A model generated the notes under the pieces. It did no database searches. It had not been told where the DNA came from and saw only the letters and a list, made by a program, of their open reading frames with translations. Below are positions 51,229-59,971 of a DNA stretch of 64,000 nucleotides, piece by piece. Position 1 is the first letter of the stretch; each line of letters starts with the position of its first letter. Both the position numbers and the translations under genes were made by a program. The stretch lies in sequence record MW749003.1; one strand, given 5' to 3'.

Positions 51229-52033
51229 AATTTACCATGGATATAATAGCACCATTAATGGATGATACAACCTTAGATAGAGATGCTAGTATTTTAGAAT
51301 TAAGTTTAATTAATTCTGAGTGAACATGAATGGAACTTGATCCAATGAGATAACTTAATTCATAGTTATCCATTCTTGAAATTCTTTCTTTAATTACAGA
51401 AAGATTATCTTTTAATTCTTTCATTGTTCCTTCCACTTCAGCAATATTTTTATAAGATAATTTTAAGAATGTTAATAGTTTATCAATATCTTTTGTAGTA
51501 TAAGATGAACTACTCTTATTATCAAGTTTTTCACCAATTGATCGACTTAAACCATCTAAAGATACGTCCATAGATGTTTTAAGAATACTAAATTGAGAAG
51601 GATCAGTAATGGTGGACATTCGATTATGACTATCCATTAGTTTTTTATAATAAGGATCATCTGAAAATGAACTAATAGTTTTTAATATTTTATCTGGATC
51701 AATTTCAATTGTAACTTTCTTCCCACTTGTAAAGTCACTTTCATGAATCTTCTTTTCCAATTCTGATGTCTTTTTGGCTAATTTAGAAGCAAATTTCTTA
51801 AGCTGTGTATTAATCCATTCTTTTATCCTCTGGATCAGTTCAGACAATTTTTTGATGATCTTTTTTAATCCATTAGATAAACCTTCATTAAGTAATTCGG
51901 TATTCTCATTAATTAAGTTATTATGATGCTTGATAATTAAATTTTTTTCGTCAAGATTCATTTCATTAATTAAGTTCATTAAGAAAATGTTCTCTTCATT
52001 TAGACTAATAAGAAAGTCGGTTGTTAAGTCCAT
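51227..52033 (-). CDS. Putative internal head protein (helical, cleavable N-terminus)
   Basis: Late promoter 52062-52073; N-terminal LNE/INE/LNE|GL followed by amphipathic KKIIKKLSELIQRIKEWI. Confidence 0.5.
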   Translation of the reverse strand: MDLTTDFLISLNEENIFLMNLINEMNLDEKNLIIKHHNNLINENTELLNEGLSNGLKKIIKKLSELIQRIKEWINTQLKKFASKLAKKTSELEKKIHESDFTSGKKVTIEIDPDKILKTISSFSDDPYYKKLMDSHNRMSTITDPSQFSILKTSMDVSLDGLSRSIGEKLDNKSSSSYTTKDIDKLLTFLKLSYKNIAEVEGTMKELKDNLSVIKERISRMDNYELSYLIGSSSIHVHSELIKLNSKILASLSKVVSSINGAIISMVN

Positions 52034-52061
52034 AACTATAAACCTCCAATTTTATACTTTT

Positions 52062-52073
52062 TATTAAATTGTT
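52062..52073 (-). promoter_or_regulatory. Late-type promoter
   Basis: AACA-ATTTAA-TA on minus strand. Confidence 0.65.
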
Positions 52074-52090
52074 CTAATAGAAATATAAAT

Positions 52091-52106
52091 ATATATTATT
52101 ATACTG
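52091..52106 (+). promoter_or_regulatory. Early-type promoter
   Basis: ATATATTAT-N6-G. Confidence 0.65.
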
Positions 52107-52132
52107 ATCAAATTGTAAAGGAGAGAATTTTA

Positions 52133-52336
52133 ATGAGTTTATCTGATTCTATTGGAGCTGGAAGAGTAACAAAATTGGATAAGGATGAATTAAGAAGAGA
52201 ACTTGAAAAATTCTATAATACTTCTAATCATCCCAAAAGAGAAAAATTATTTGAACTTGCTTGGGAATATGGTCATGCTCATGGCAGTCGTGAAGTGGAT
52301 TTTTACTATGATGATTTAATTGATCTTATTCGATAA
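52133..52336 (+). CDS. Small hypothetical protein
   Basis: 67 aa, SD AAGGAG. Confidence 0.7.
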   Translation: MSLSDSIGAGRVTKLDKDELRRELEKFYNTSNHPKREKLFELAWEYGHAHGSREVDFYYDDLIDLIR

Positions 52337-52351
52337 AAAGGAGAGAATAAA

Positions 52352-52498
52352 GTGAAAGAAAAAATCGGTATACTTTTAGAGAAGATTAAAGATATGAACA
52401 TTAATTTTAATCATGGCGGAGTAAATCTAGTTATTAACGAAGAAGGATTTAAATTAAATGTTGCTAAGAAGGAACAAAAGAAATTAGAGAATAAATAA
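52352..52498 (+). CDS. Small hypothetical protein (48 aa, GTG start)
   Basis: SD AAGGAG; followed by hairpin 52513-52540. Confidence 0.55.
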   Translation: MKEKIGILLEKIKDMNINFNHGGVNLVINEEGFKLNVAKKEQKKLENK

Positions 52499-52571
52499 TT
52501 GGGAAATGAAAAATTAGGGAAGAATATTCTTCCCTAATTTGTTTATACTAATATAAAAAGGAGGTTAATGT

Positions 52572-53111
52572 ATGTCTATTAAAAGACAAGATGTAATTGA
52601 CCAACTATGGGAAAGAAGATCAAATGATTATGTACTTAAAGATGATAAAGAAGAATTTGAGCTTGATGAAATAGTAAAAGTAACACACCGTCATCAAATT
52701 TTTGAAAAAGATCTTCATGATGTTGAATTTAAGTTACAGCATCTACTTGAAAGAAGTATTACATGTCCTATATGTCAGCCTAACACTCAGCATGAAGCTG
52801 GTGTAAAAGTCTTAAGAGATTATTTTAAGAATAAACTTCAATTGGCAGATGAAGAAATTCAGGAAAAGGCTATTGAAACCGATAAAGGACATGTATTCGA
52901 TTTTCTAATATTTGATCGTTTAGTAATACATTATTTTGACCCATCTTATTATATAAACTTTACAAGAGAATCAGATGAAATGGTAGATTTAATGGCAGAA
53001 TTTGTTGATTCAGATGATTATGATTTACTCCCAGTAAACTATGCTAATATTACCAATATCTTAGCAGGGGGAGATTTAGATTTAAATCCAGATGAAGATG
53101 ATGAAGAATAA
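52572..53111 (+). CDS. Acidic, catalytically degenerate derivative of the Zn/Vsr-like homing-endonuclease fold
   Basis: DYVL...IVKVTH...CPIC...EAGVKVLRDYF...EKAI...FDFLI..RLVIHYFDP aligns with the intron endonucleases but lacks IExDGxxH; D/E-rich tail. Confidence 0.5.
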   Translation: MSIKRQDVIDQLWERRSNDYVLKDDKEEFELDEIVKVTHRHQIFEKDLHDVEFKLQHLLERSITCPICQPNTQHEAGVKVLRDYFKNKLQLADEEIQEKAIETDKGHVFDFLIFDRLVIHYFDPSYYINFTRESDEMVDLMAEFVDSDDYDLLPVNYANITNILAGGDLDLNPDEDDEE

Positions 53112-53164
53112 CAGAAGGTTTATTTGAACCTTCTGTTATATTTATTTAAAGGAGAGAGGATTAG

Positions 53165-53968
53165 ATGATTACTAAGAGACAGATTGAAAGAGTATTCAAA
53201 GTTGCTCTACAGGAACAAGGAAAGAAAAATGATTACATAAGAGAAATTGCAAGAAGTTATAAAGGACATTTTAAGACATTTAACTTTTCTGATTTTGAAA
53301 ATTTTGCAAAAAATTTGGATGATAAAATGTATGAGAGAGCATTCAGAAAATTTAAAAAGAACTTTAAGGATGATACACTAGAGTTATATCTTCCTTTTGA
53401 TAATATGGAAATTATATTTAATAATGGAGATGGTTTAGTTCCGCTAGGTAAGAAAGAAAGATATGAGATTATTAGAATTTTCATTACAAAAATTAAAGGA
53501 ACTATTTATATTACTTCACATATTCTTGATAATGAAGAAAAGAAATTATACAATAATTATATTACTTTAGAAAATGGTATTCTTGGAGGGATTCATGGTG
53601 AAGGAATGTTATCTGATAATTTAGCATCATTTGATTTATTTGTAAATTTAATGGTATGGTTAGATTATATCAATGGAAGTTACAGTGTAAAAATTATTGA
53701 CAATAAGAGTCTTCCAAGAGAAGAGAGAAGACGTGTTAAAAGGGAATATCAAAAGACAAGTGGCACTATTAATTTAAACTCAAAAGAATTAATTAAAAGA
53801 TATATTAGGGAAAAAGAATCAAATAAAAGAGGTAATAAAATCACCAAGCAATTTGAAGTCAGAGGTCATTGGGTACACCGTAAAGATGGAACTAAATATT
53901 GGAGAAGAGGTTATGTAAAGGGTAAACATTTAGAAGAAAAAACAAATAAAGATTATAATATTAACTAG
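53165..53968 (+). CDS. Hypothetical protein with C-terminal VRGHW motif
   Basis: FEVRGHWVHRKDGTKYWRRGYVKG. Confidence 0.65.
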   Translation: MITKRQIERVFKVALQEQGKKNDYIREIARSYKGHFKTFNFSDFENFAKNLDDKMYERAFRKFKKNFKDDTLELYLPFDNMEIIFNNGDGLVPLGKKERYEIIRIFITKIKGTIYITSHILDNEEKKLYNNYITLENGILGGIHGEGMLSDNLASFDLFVNLMVWLDYINGSYSVKIIDNKSLPREERRRVKREYQKTSGTINLNSKELIKRYIREKESNKRGNKITKQFEVRGHWVHRKDGTKYWRRGYVKGKHLEEKTNKDYNIN

Positions 53969-54068
53969 GAGGATTAATATTTGTTAATCAATAGTTATGT
54001 ATTATTTAGAGATATCATTTTAGGAATGCAATCTGGTTATAATGTAGTAGAAATAATTATAAATTATA

Positions 54069-54329
54069 TTGCGGGAGAAAAATATGGAAAAACCAATTTT
54101 GGTACTTCTAGAAGGTGAGTATCACCGTAGAAAGAATATATTAGTAACTACTAATGTAAGAAAAGTTGCAAGAGAATATATAAATTTATTATTAGAAGAT
54201 GATTGGTTAAATTATCCACATGTAGAAATATGGAAAAACGGAGAAGAAATAAAATATTTTGATGAAAGAATTAAAGACGAAAAAAAGTTAGTAAAGATAT
54301 TAAGTAAATATGCATATAACGATGCATAG
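54069..54329 (+). CDS. Hypothetical protein (likely start ATG 54084)
   Basis: 86-aa ORF, SD GGGAG. Confidence 0.55.
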   Translation: MREKNMEKPILVLLEGEYHRRKNILVTTNVRKVAREYINLLLEDDWLNYPHVEIWKNGEEIKYFDERIKDEKKLVKILSKYAYNDA

Positions 54330-54335
54330 AGTTAA

Positions 54336-54380
54336 AAAGTAATCATAGTAGATATAAGTCTACTATGATTACTTTATTTT
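54336..54380. terminator. Bidirectional terminator
   Basis: AAAGTAATCATAGTAGA/TCTACTATGATTACTTT between convergent genes. Confidence 0.7.
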
Positions 54381-54384
54381 AAAT

Positions 54385-54681
54385 TTATTTTTTTAAAGGT
54401 TCTTGAAGGTGCTTTTTAAGTGTATCAAAAGTTTTAAATGAAGCTCGGCGTGAAGCAGGAATTGTCATAGGTTCACGAGTACTAGGGTTATGTCCTTCAT
54501 AAGATTCACGATAAGTTACAGTGAATTTACCAAGTTTAGGAATAGAAACAGTTGTTTCTTGTTCTTTGTTAACTTCTTTGTAGATCAATCCTACAAAAGC
54601 ATTAAACATTTCCTCAGCTTGTTTTTTAGTAACTCCCGATACTTCTTCTTTAATATGTTGTGCGATTTGATTGACATTCAT
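54385..54681 (-). CDS. hup: HU/IHF-family histone-like DNA-binding protein
   Basis: VTKKQAEEMFNAF...VSIPKLGKFTV..RES..GHNPSTREPMTIPASRRASFK. Confidence 0.9.
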   Translation of the reverse strand: MNVNQIAQHIKEEVSGVTKKQAEEMFNAFVGLIYKEVNKEQETTVSIPKLGKFTVTYRESYEGHNPSTREPMTIPASRRASFKTFDTLKKHLQEPLKK

Positions 54682-54764
54682 TATAATGTCCTCCTTAGAA
54701 TTTATAATTTTTATTTTATCCTAAATCAATATCTTCTAAACAAGATTCTGATTAAGAATTTTTC

Positions 54765-54776
54765 TATAAATTTGTT
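54765..54776 (-). promoter_or_regulatory. Late-type promoter
   Basis: AACA-AATTTA-TA on minus strand. Confidence 0.6.
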
Positions 54777-54890
54777 CTAGAACCCACATATATTTTTTAA
54801 TTTTTTCGAAAAATATATAGGGGAGAACTATAGAAATTTATTTATATATTTGTTACATGCAAATTATAATATTTAAAAAGTTATGAAAAT

Positions 54891-54906
54891 ATATATTATT
54901 TATAAG
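54891..54906 (+). promoter_or_regulatory. Early-type promoter upstream of ugi
   Basis: ATATATTAT-N6-G. Confidence 0.65.
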
Positions 54907-55026
54907 ATAAAATAAGTAATTAAAGGAGGTGTTTAAAATGTAAATTATATTAAAATCGGTATAATAGAAAGAGAGAATTTAAATTGGGAATATACAAGTA
55001 ATACAAAAATTAGGAGGAATTTCAAC

Positions 55027-55281
55027 ATGACAAATTTATCTGACATCATTAAAAAAGAAACAGGAAAAGAATTAGTAATTCAAGAATCAATTTTAATGAC
55101 ACCTGAAGAAATAGAGGAAGTAATTGGGAATAAGCCAGAAAGTGATATTTTAGTTCATACTGCTTATGATGAAAGCACAGATGAAAATGTAATGCTATTA
55201 ACTTCAGATGCTCCAGAATATAAACCTTGGGCTTTAGTAATTCAGAATAATAATGGAGAAAATAAAATTAAAATGCTATAA
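55027..55281 (+). CDS. ugi: Uracil-DNA glycosylase inhibitor
   Basis: 84 aa MTNLSDII...LVIQESILM.PEE.EEVIGNKPESDILVHTAYDESTDENVMLLTSDAPEYKPWALVIQ..NGENKIKML, near-identical to PBS1/PBS2 Ugi. Confidence 0.99.
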   Translation: MTNLSDIIKKETGKELVIQESILMTPEEIEEVIGNKPESDILVHTAYDESTDENVMLLTSDAPEYKPWALVIQNNNGENKIKML

Positions 55282-55533
55282 GTATAAATATTAGTATATA
55301 GGAATATTCCTATATACTAATATTTCTTTAATAAAAAAATCTATTTTTATTTCCATTTTATTGGATTTTATGTTATAATAAATAGAGAACCAAAAAACTA
55401 TTTTCCTAACTTTTTATGTGAACTCATAAAAATATAATATAGGTTTTGATAGGTAATAATATAAAATTAATATTATTATATATTAATTTTTAATAAAATA
55501 ATTATATAATAATATTATAGGAGGAAAACATTT

Positions 55534-57024
55534 GTGATCAGTAATTTTAGAAAGTTTCATGGTAATAAGAATCAAGAAAAATTTAATGAAAATCTTATTC
55601 TTAATAAGGAAAATGAAAGTATTTTAAATTATTTAGATCCTATTTGTAAAACATTAGAGATTATTCCAGAGATTACATATCTTGGATCATCTGTAGAACC
55701 AATTAATAAAGTATATAAGTTTAATAAAGAAGAAAAGACTTCTGATATTGAACGCTCAGAACTACAATTAATTAAAATGTCCTTCCTTATTGAAAAAGAT
55801 GATAAGAAAGAAGAAATAAATAAATTTATTTACTTTCCAAAATTAATTGATTCACAGTACTTTATTATTAACGGCAATAGATATTATCCAATCTATCAAT
55901 TACTTGATAGTGGTACTTATCGTACTAATAAGGCTCTCACACTTAAAACATTACTTATGCCAATTGTTCTAAGAGAAAAGAAAGAGACATTTGATGATAT
56001 TAACGGTGAAACACATACAATGTTAAATGTTGATCTTGATTTATTTAAGAGTAAAGTTCCATTCTTAATATATTTCTTCTCTAAATTTGGATTTGAAGGA
56101 ACTCTTGAATATTTTGGTTTACAAGATTTAATTCATGTCTTAATGAAAGAAGATTTAGATCAATTGGATGAAGATGAACTTAATGATAATGTAATTTTTA
56201 TGATTACTAAAAATATTTCCTTAGTTGTTGATAAGAATTTCTTTAGTAATAAAAATAATCAGATTATTATTGCCACATTACTTAACTGCTTTAATACTAG
56301 AATTAAAATTGATAAGATTTATGAAAAAGATTATTGGGTGAAGAAACTCGGTGGTTACTTTACTACTAATAATAGTAATAAGCAAGAAAAAGGAGAAGGA
56401 ATTATTCTTTCATTTGAACGTATTCTTGATGAATGGACTAAGAAAATTTTGCGTACAGAGGAAAAGAATAAGGAAGATATTTATTCAGTAGTTAGATGGA
56501 TGATTAATAATTATCTTGCTTTAGTAAAACAAGATAACATGAACTTGGCTAATAAGAGAATCAGACTATATGAGTATCTCTTACATCCATTACTAATCAA
56601 ATTCAGTAAAGGTACTTATCGTGTTTTAAATAATCGTAATTCTAATAAGTTTGAGAAGATTAAAACGATTTTTAGTAACATCCAAGAAGGTTTCCTAGTA
56701 AAGAAAATTATCAATAATGAATTATTACGTTATGATAATAGTGTAAATAGCATTAGTCTTTTCACACTAATTCTAAGATATACACAATCTGGTCCACAGA
56801 GTCCTTTTAGCTCTAATAGTACAAACAATAAACTTAGAGGACTTCATCCATCTTACTTAGGGAGATTAGGTTTAACTTCTACTTCTGCTGGTGATCCAGG
56901 AGCCAGTGGTTCTTTGACTCCTTTCTTAGAACTTCCTGAGAATAGTTATATGCATTTTACAGAAGAACCAGAAATTAATTTGAATATTGATGATATCTCA
57001 ATTGATGAAGTTATTGAATCTTAA
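55534..57024 (+). CDS. Non-virion RNA polymerase beta subunit, N-terminal part (AR9 gp105-like), 496 aa
   Basis: FPKLID..YFIINGNRYYPIYQL; MNLANKRIRLYEY; LRYTQSGPQS; RGLHPSYLGRL..TSTSAGDPGASG (RpoB fork-loop region). Confidence 0.9.
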   Translation: MISNFRKFHGNKNQEKFNENLILNKENESILNYLDPICKTLEIIPEITYLGSSVEPINKVYKFNKEEKTSDIERSELQLIKMSFLIEKDDKKEEINKFIYFPKLIDSQYFIINGNRYYPIYQLLDSGTYRTNKALTLKTLLMPIVLREKKETFDDINGETHTMLNVDLDLFKSKVPFLIYFFSKFGFEGTLEYFGLQDLIHVLMKEDLDQLDEDELNDNVIFMITKNISLVVDKNFFSNKNNQIIIATLLNCFNTRIKIDKIYEKDYWVKKLGGYFTTNNSNKQEKGEGIILSFERILDEWTKKILRTEEKNKEDIYSVVRWMINNYLALVKQDNMNLANKRIRLYEYLLHPLLIKFSKGTYRVLNNRNSNKFEKIKTIFSNIQEGFLVKKIINNELLRYDNSVNSISLFTLILRYTQSGPQSPFSSNSTNNKLRGLHPSYLGRLGLTSTSAGDPGASGSLTPFLELPENSYMHFTEEPEINLNIDDISIDEVIES

Positions 57025-57052
57025 TTATAATACTTGGGAGGAAAAATTACAA

Positions 57053-57090
57053 AAAGCCATACTAATTAGTATGGCTTTATTTTTTTTTTT
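57053..57090 (+). terminator. Intrinsic terminator
   Basis: AAAGCCATACT/AGTATGGCTTT plus long T-run. Confidence 0.75.
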
Positions 57091-57248
57091 AAAAAAAAAG
57101 GAGAGCATTAAAATGGTTCAGAAATTCTTTTAATAATTAATAGTGATGTTACTATTAGTATTCTTAAATAACCTATTTGAAAAAATATTAGAAATTCAAG
57201 AAAAAATTAATGAATAGTTATTTACCGTATTAAAAATATTTTTCAAGC

Positions 57249-57264
57249 ATATATTATATTCCTG
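57249..57264 (+). promoter_or_regulatory. Early-type promoter
   Basis: ATATATTAT-N6-G; CGTATTAAA at 57226. Confidence 0.7.
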
Positions 57265-57301
57265 TAATATCAGACTATTTAAAAGAGGAGGAATATAATG
57301 T

Positions 57302-57646
57302 ATGCCTAACACCAAATCAGTACTGACAGAATTCAAAGATCCTCTACTGGTTACGAATCATTTCACAAAAGAAAAACGAATTTTTCTAAGAAAGACGCTT
57401 GGTGAAGATTATAGTATCCTAAGTAGCTCTGAATTTATTAATGAAATTGATAATGATCCATTAGAATTTCTTGATAGAAAGGGGGTTAATAAATACGATT
57501 TGGTAATATTTGATACTGGTAGTAATATAAATGAAAAAATTCTAGACTCAGTTTCCTCAAAACCACTAACTCTTCAAAGAACCACAAAAACTACTCCATC
57601 ATTCAAGCTTCTAGAATTTCATAATGATAAATTTAATATAATTTAA
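57302..57646 (+). CDS. Hypothetical protein
   Basis: 114 aa, SD GAGGAGG. Confidence 0.65.
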   Translation: MPNTKSVLTEFKDPLLVTNHFTKEKRIFLRKTLGEDYSILSSSEFINEIDNDPLEFLDRKGVNKYDLVIFDTGSNINEKILDSVSSKPLTLQRTTKTTPSFKLLEFHNDKFNII

Positions 57647-57713
57647 AATAAAAGGATAATCTTAGTGATTATCCTTTTTACATATTCAAAGATTTTAATG
57701 GGGGAATATTGGA

Positions 57714-58040
57714 ATGGATATTAATGGTAGAGTAATATTAGCCGCAATTGCGGTTATTGTGGGAGGTACAGTATTAATTAGTATAATACCTTTCTCAAGC
57801 TTTATAATTATTGCATGTATAATAGGAGCTGTAATACCTTGGATTCTTCCTAGAAGGAATGAACAAATTCAACAATACAACCAAGAACAAGAGTATTATA
57901 TAAAATTAGAAGAAGAGAATTTAAAACTTAGAGAACAGTTAAACCTAGAAGAAGAAAACCTAAGATTAAAAGAAAGATTAAAACTAGAGGAAGAAAATCT
58001 AAAACTAAGAGAAGAATTAGAAAAATTAAAGGAGAAATAA
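57714..58040 (+). CDS. Membrane protein with repeated coiled-coil tail
   Basis: Hydrophobic N-terminus; three 13-aa repeats. Confidence 0.7.
   Translation: MDINGRVILAAIAVIVGGTVLISIIPFSSFIIIACIIGAVIPWILPRRNEQIQQYNQEQEYYIKLEEENLKLREQLNLEEENLRLKERLKLEEENLKLREELEKLKEK
57903..58019 (+). repeat. Three degenerate 39-nt (13-aa) tandem repeats
   Basis: KLEEENLKLREQL / NLEEENLRLKERL / KLEEENLKLREEL. Confidence 0.85.
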
Positions 58041-58042
58041 AA

Positions 58043-58759
58043 ATGAAATTAACAGAAATTAAAAAAGAAGATAAAATTATATTGGTTGAAAAATGCAAAG
58101 AATTACTTAATCTAAAAGATGCTAAACTCCCAGATGAGTATTATTATTCCAGTCTTGCTTTATGTGTAATTGACTCTATCTTTTCTATTAATTCCAATTA
58201 TACAAGTGTGAAAAATGTAATTAAGCGTTATTGCACTTATTTTAATATTAACCCATTAAGAGAAAGTAGTTCATTCCCTAGTACATCTAATCAGTTATCT
58301 GTAAAAAGTTTTATTGATTCTTATGAAAAAATAGGGGTAGATTTTTACACTCAAAAAATCTTTAATAATAGACAACGAACTTCAGCAGTTAATGGAATAT
58401 TAAAATCTGAAGCTGTTTATGAGTTTTGTAAAGTTCTAAATAAGTATAATATTAATTATTTTCAAGATGTAAAAAACATATATGGTAATAAGGAATTTGA
58501 AAAAGATATTAGAAGTATTAAGGGTCAAGGAAAAGGAGTTTCGTTATTATACTTCCTTATGCTTTCTGGTGAAGAAGATAAAATAAAACCAGATAGAATG
58601 ATAATTCGCTTTCTTGAAGAGATCCTTCAAAGAAAGATTAATATAAATGAATCACAGATATTACTTAAAGAGGCATCATTAATACTATCAAAAGAATATC
58701 CAAATTTGAGTCCAAGATTATTGGATTATACAATTTGGGAATATGCTAGGGGAAATTAA
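58043..58759 (+). CDS. HhH-GPD superfamily DNA glycosylase-like protein
   Basis: IRSIKGQG (helix-hairpin-helix), KPD with Asp at the catalytic position, LDYTIW C-terminal helix. Confidence 0.6.
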   Translation: MKLTEIKKEDKIILVEKCKELLNLKDAKLPDEYYYSSLALCVIDSIFSINSNYTSVKNVIKRYCTYFNINPLRESSSFPSTSNQLSVKSFIDSYEKIGVDFYTQKIFNNRQRTSAVNGILKSEAVYEFCKVLNKYNINYFQDVKNIYGNKEFEKDIRSIKGQGKGVSLLYFLMLSGEEDKIKPDRMIIRFLEEILQRKININESQILLKEASLILSKEYPNLSPRLLDYTIWEYARGN

Positions 58760-58961
58760 AAACCATAATTTCACTATGGTTTTTAATATAAATTTTTAAA
58801 AATAATTACTATGATTTCTTAAAAGACAGTGATGATTATGAAAAATTTCAATTAATTAATTTGGTTTAACCTTTATAGATGATTCAACATCAAATTCTAT
58901 CACGGTCTCTTGGCAATAAATTAAAAGACATTATAAGGGAATTCCCTTATAATGTCTTTTC

Positions 58962-59654
58962 CTAATAGATATATAATTTTTTTCTATTTGCTTGTTTTGC
59001 TACATTCTGTCTCCACTTATCTAATAACTCTTGTTTTCTATCTGTTGCTTCTTGTAATTCATCTACGAATAATTCAATATTACCAAATGCAGTTTGGAGG
59101 TTTGCAAACCGTTTTCTAATTTGATATAATACTTCTTTCGTATCATATAATGCTAATTTTAGAAATTCAGTTTGAAGGTTAGTTGGAATTGTACCAAAAT
59201 GATCTGGATGGACAACATTTAATAAAAGTTTTGTTTTTCTAATAGTATATAAAGCAGGGGTTATAGTAATAATATTTGGATAAGTAAATTGGTAAGTCAT
59301 TGGGTTTCTATTCATTGATGATAGATCAGCTTGTATTTGTCTACTCACAGGATCAATCATATTATTACTATAAGGTACTAATTCTGCACCAAAGTATCTA
59401 GTTGTATTATCATACATTCTTGCTACGTTTAATATATTATAATTAGTATTAATATAATATTGGTTTCCAGTTCCTTCAACTTTATCTTCATTTGATATAA
59501 TAGCTTCAACTTGATAAGGGAAAAAATTACTAAATGTAACTAATGTTTCTTCTTTAATATTATCAATAATTTCATCTGGATCCATTTCAAGTTCATTAAA
59601 CTTATAACCTAATTTTTTTTCTATGAACCGAAGGATATAGGTACTAGATAACAT
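58962..59654 (-). CDS. Putative neck/head-completion protein (T4 gp13-like)
   Basis: ILRFIEKKLG..FNELEMDPDEIID.I...L..F and FLKLALYDTKEVL.Q.R..F...FG.I......QEA...K.EL parallel the gp13 termini; lies in head-gene cluster. Confidence 0.5.
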   Translation of the reverse strand: MLSSTYILRFIEKKLGYKFNELEMDPDEIIDNIKEETLVTFSNFFPYQVEAIISNEDKVEGTGNQYYINTNYNILNVARMYDNTTRYFGAELVPYSNNMIDPVSRQIQADLSSMNRNPMTYQFTYPNIITITPALYTIRKTKLLLNVVHPDHFGTIPTNLQTEFLKLALYDTKEVLYQIRKRFANLQTAFGNIELFVDELQEATDRKQELLDKWRQNVAKQANRKKLYIY

Positions 59655-59674
59655 ATTATCAACCCTCTCTATTA

Positions 59675-59917
59675 TTAACTGGTAGAACTAATAAAGTCTA
59701 CATCCTTCTTAGGAATATCTTCAATTTTTGAATAACGTTTACTCATAGCTCTATGAGTATAGCAATAATATTCTCCATCTTTATTTTTGGCAAAACTACA
59801 TTCGGTTTTCCCAAATTTATTTTCAATATATTCTTTTTCTTTTGGAGTTAAGGGAATATGCTGAATTGCTTCACTTAATAACAAACTTTCATTAATCATT
59901 TTAAATTTTTTATTCAT
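59675..59917 (-). CDS. Small late protein
   Basis: SD AGGAGG; N-terminal INE/LSE. Confidence 0.65.
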   Translation of the reverse strand: MNKKFKMINESLLLSEAIQHIPLTPKEKEYIENKFGKTECSFAKNKDGEYYCYTHRAMSKRYSKIEDIPKKDVDFISSTS

Positions 59918-59971
59918 AATATCCTCCTGTAATTTAATATGGTTACTCTAATTATAGAGTAACCATTTATT

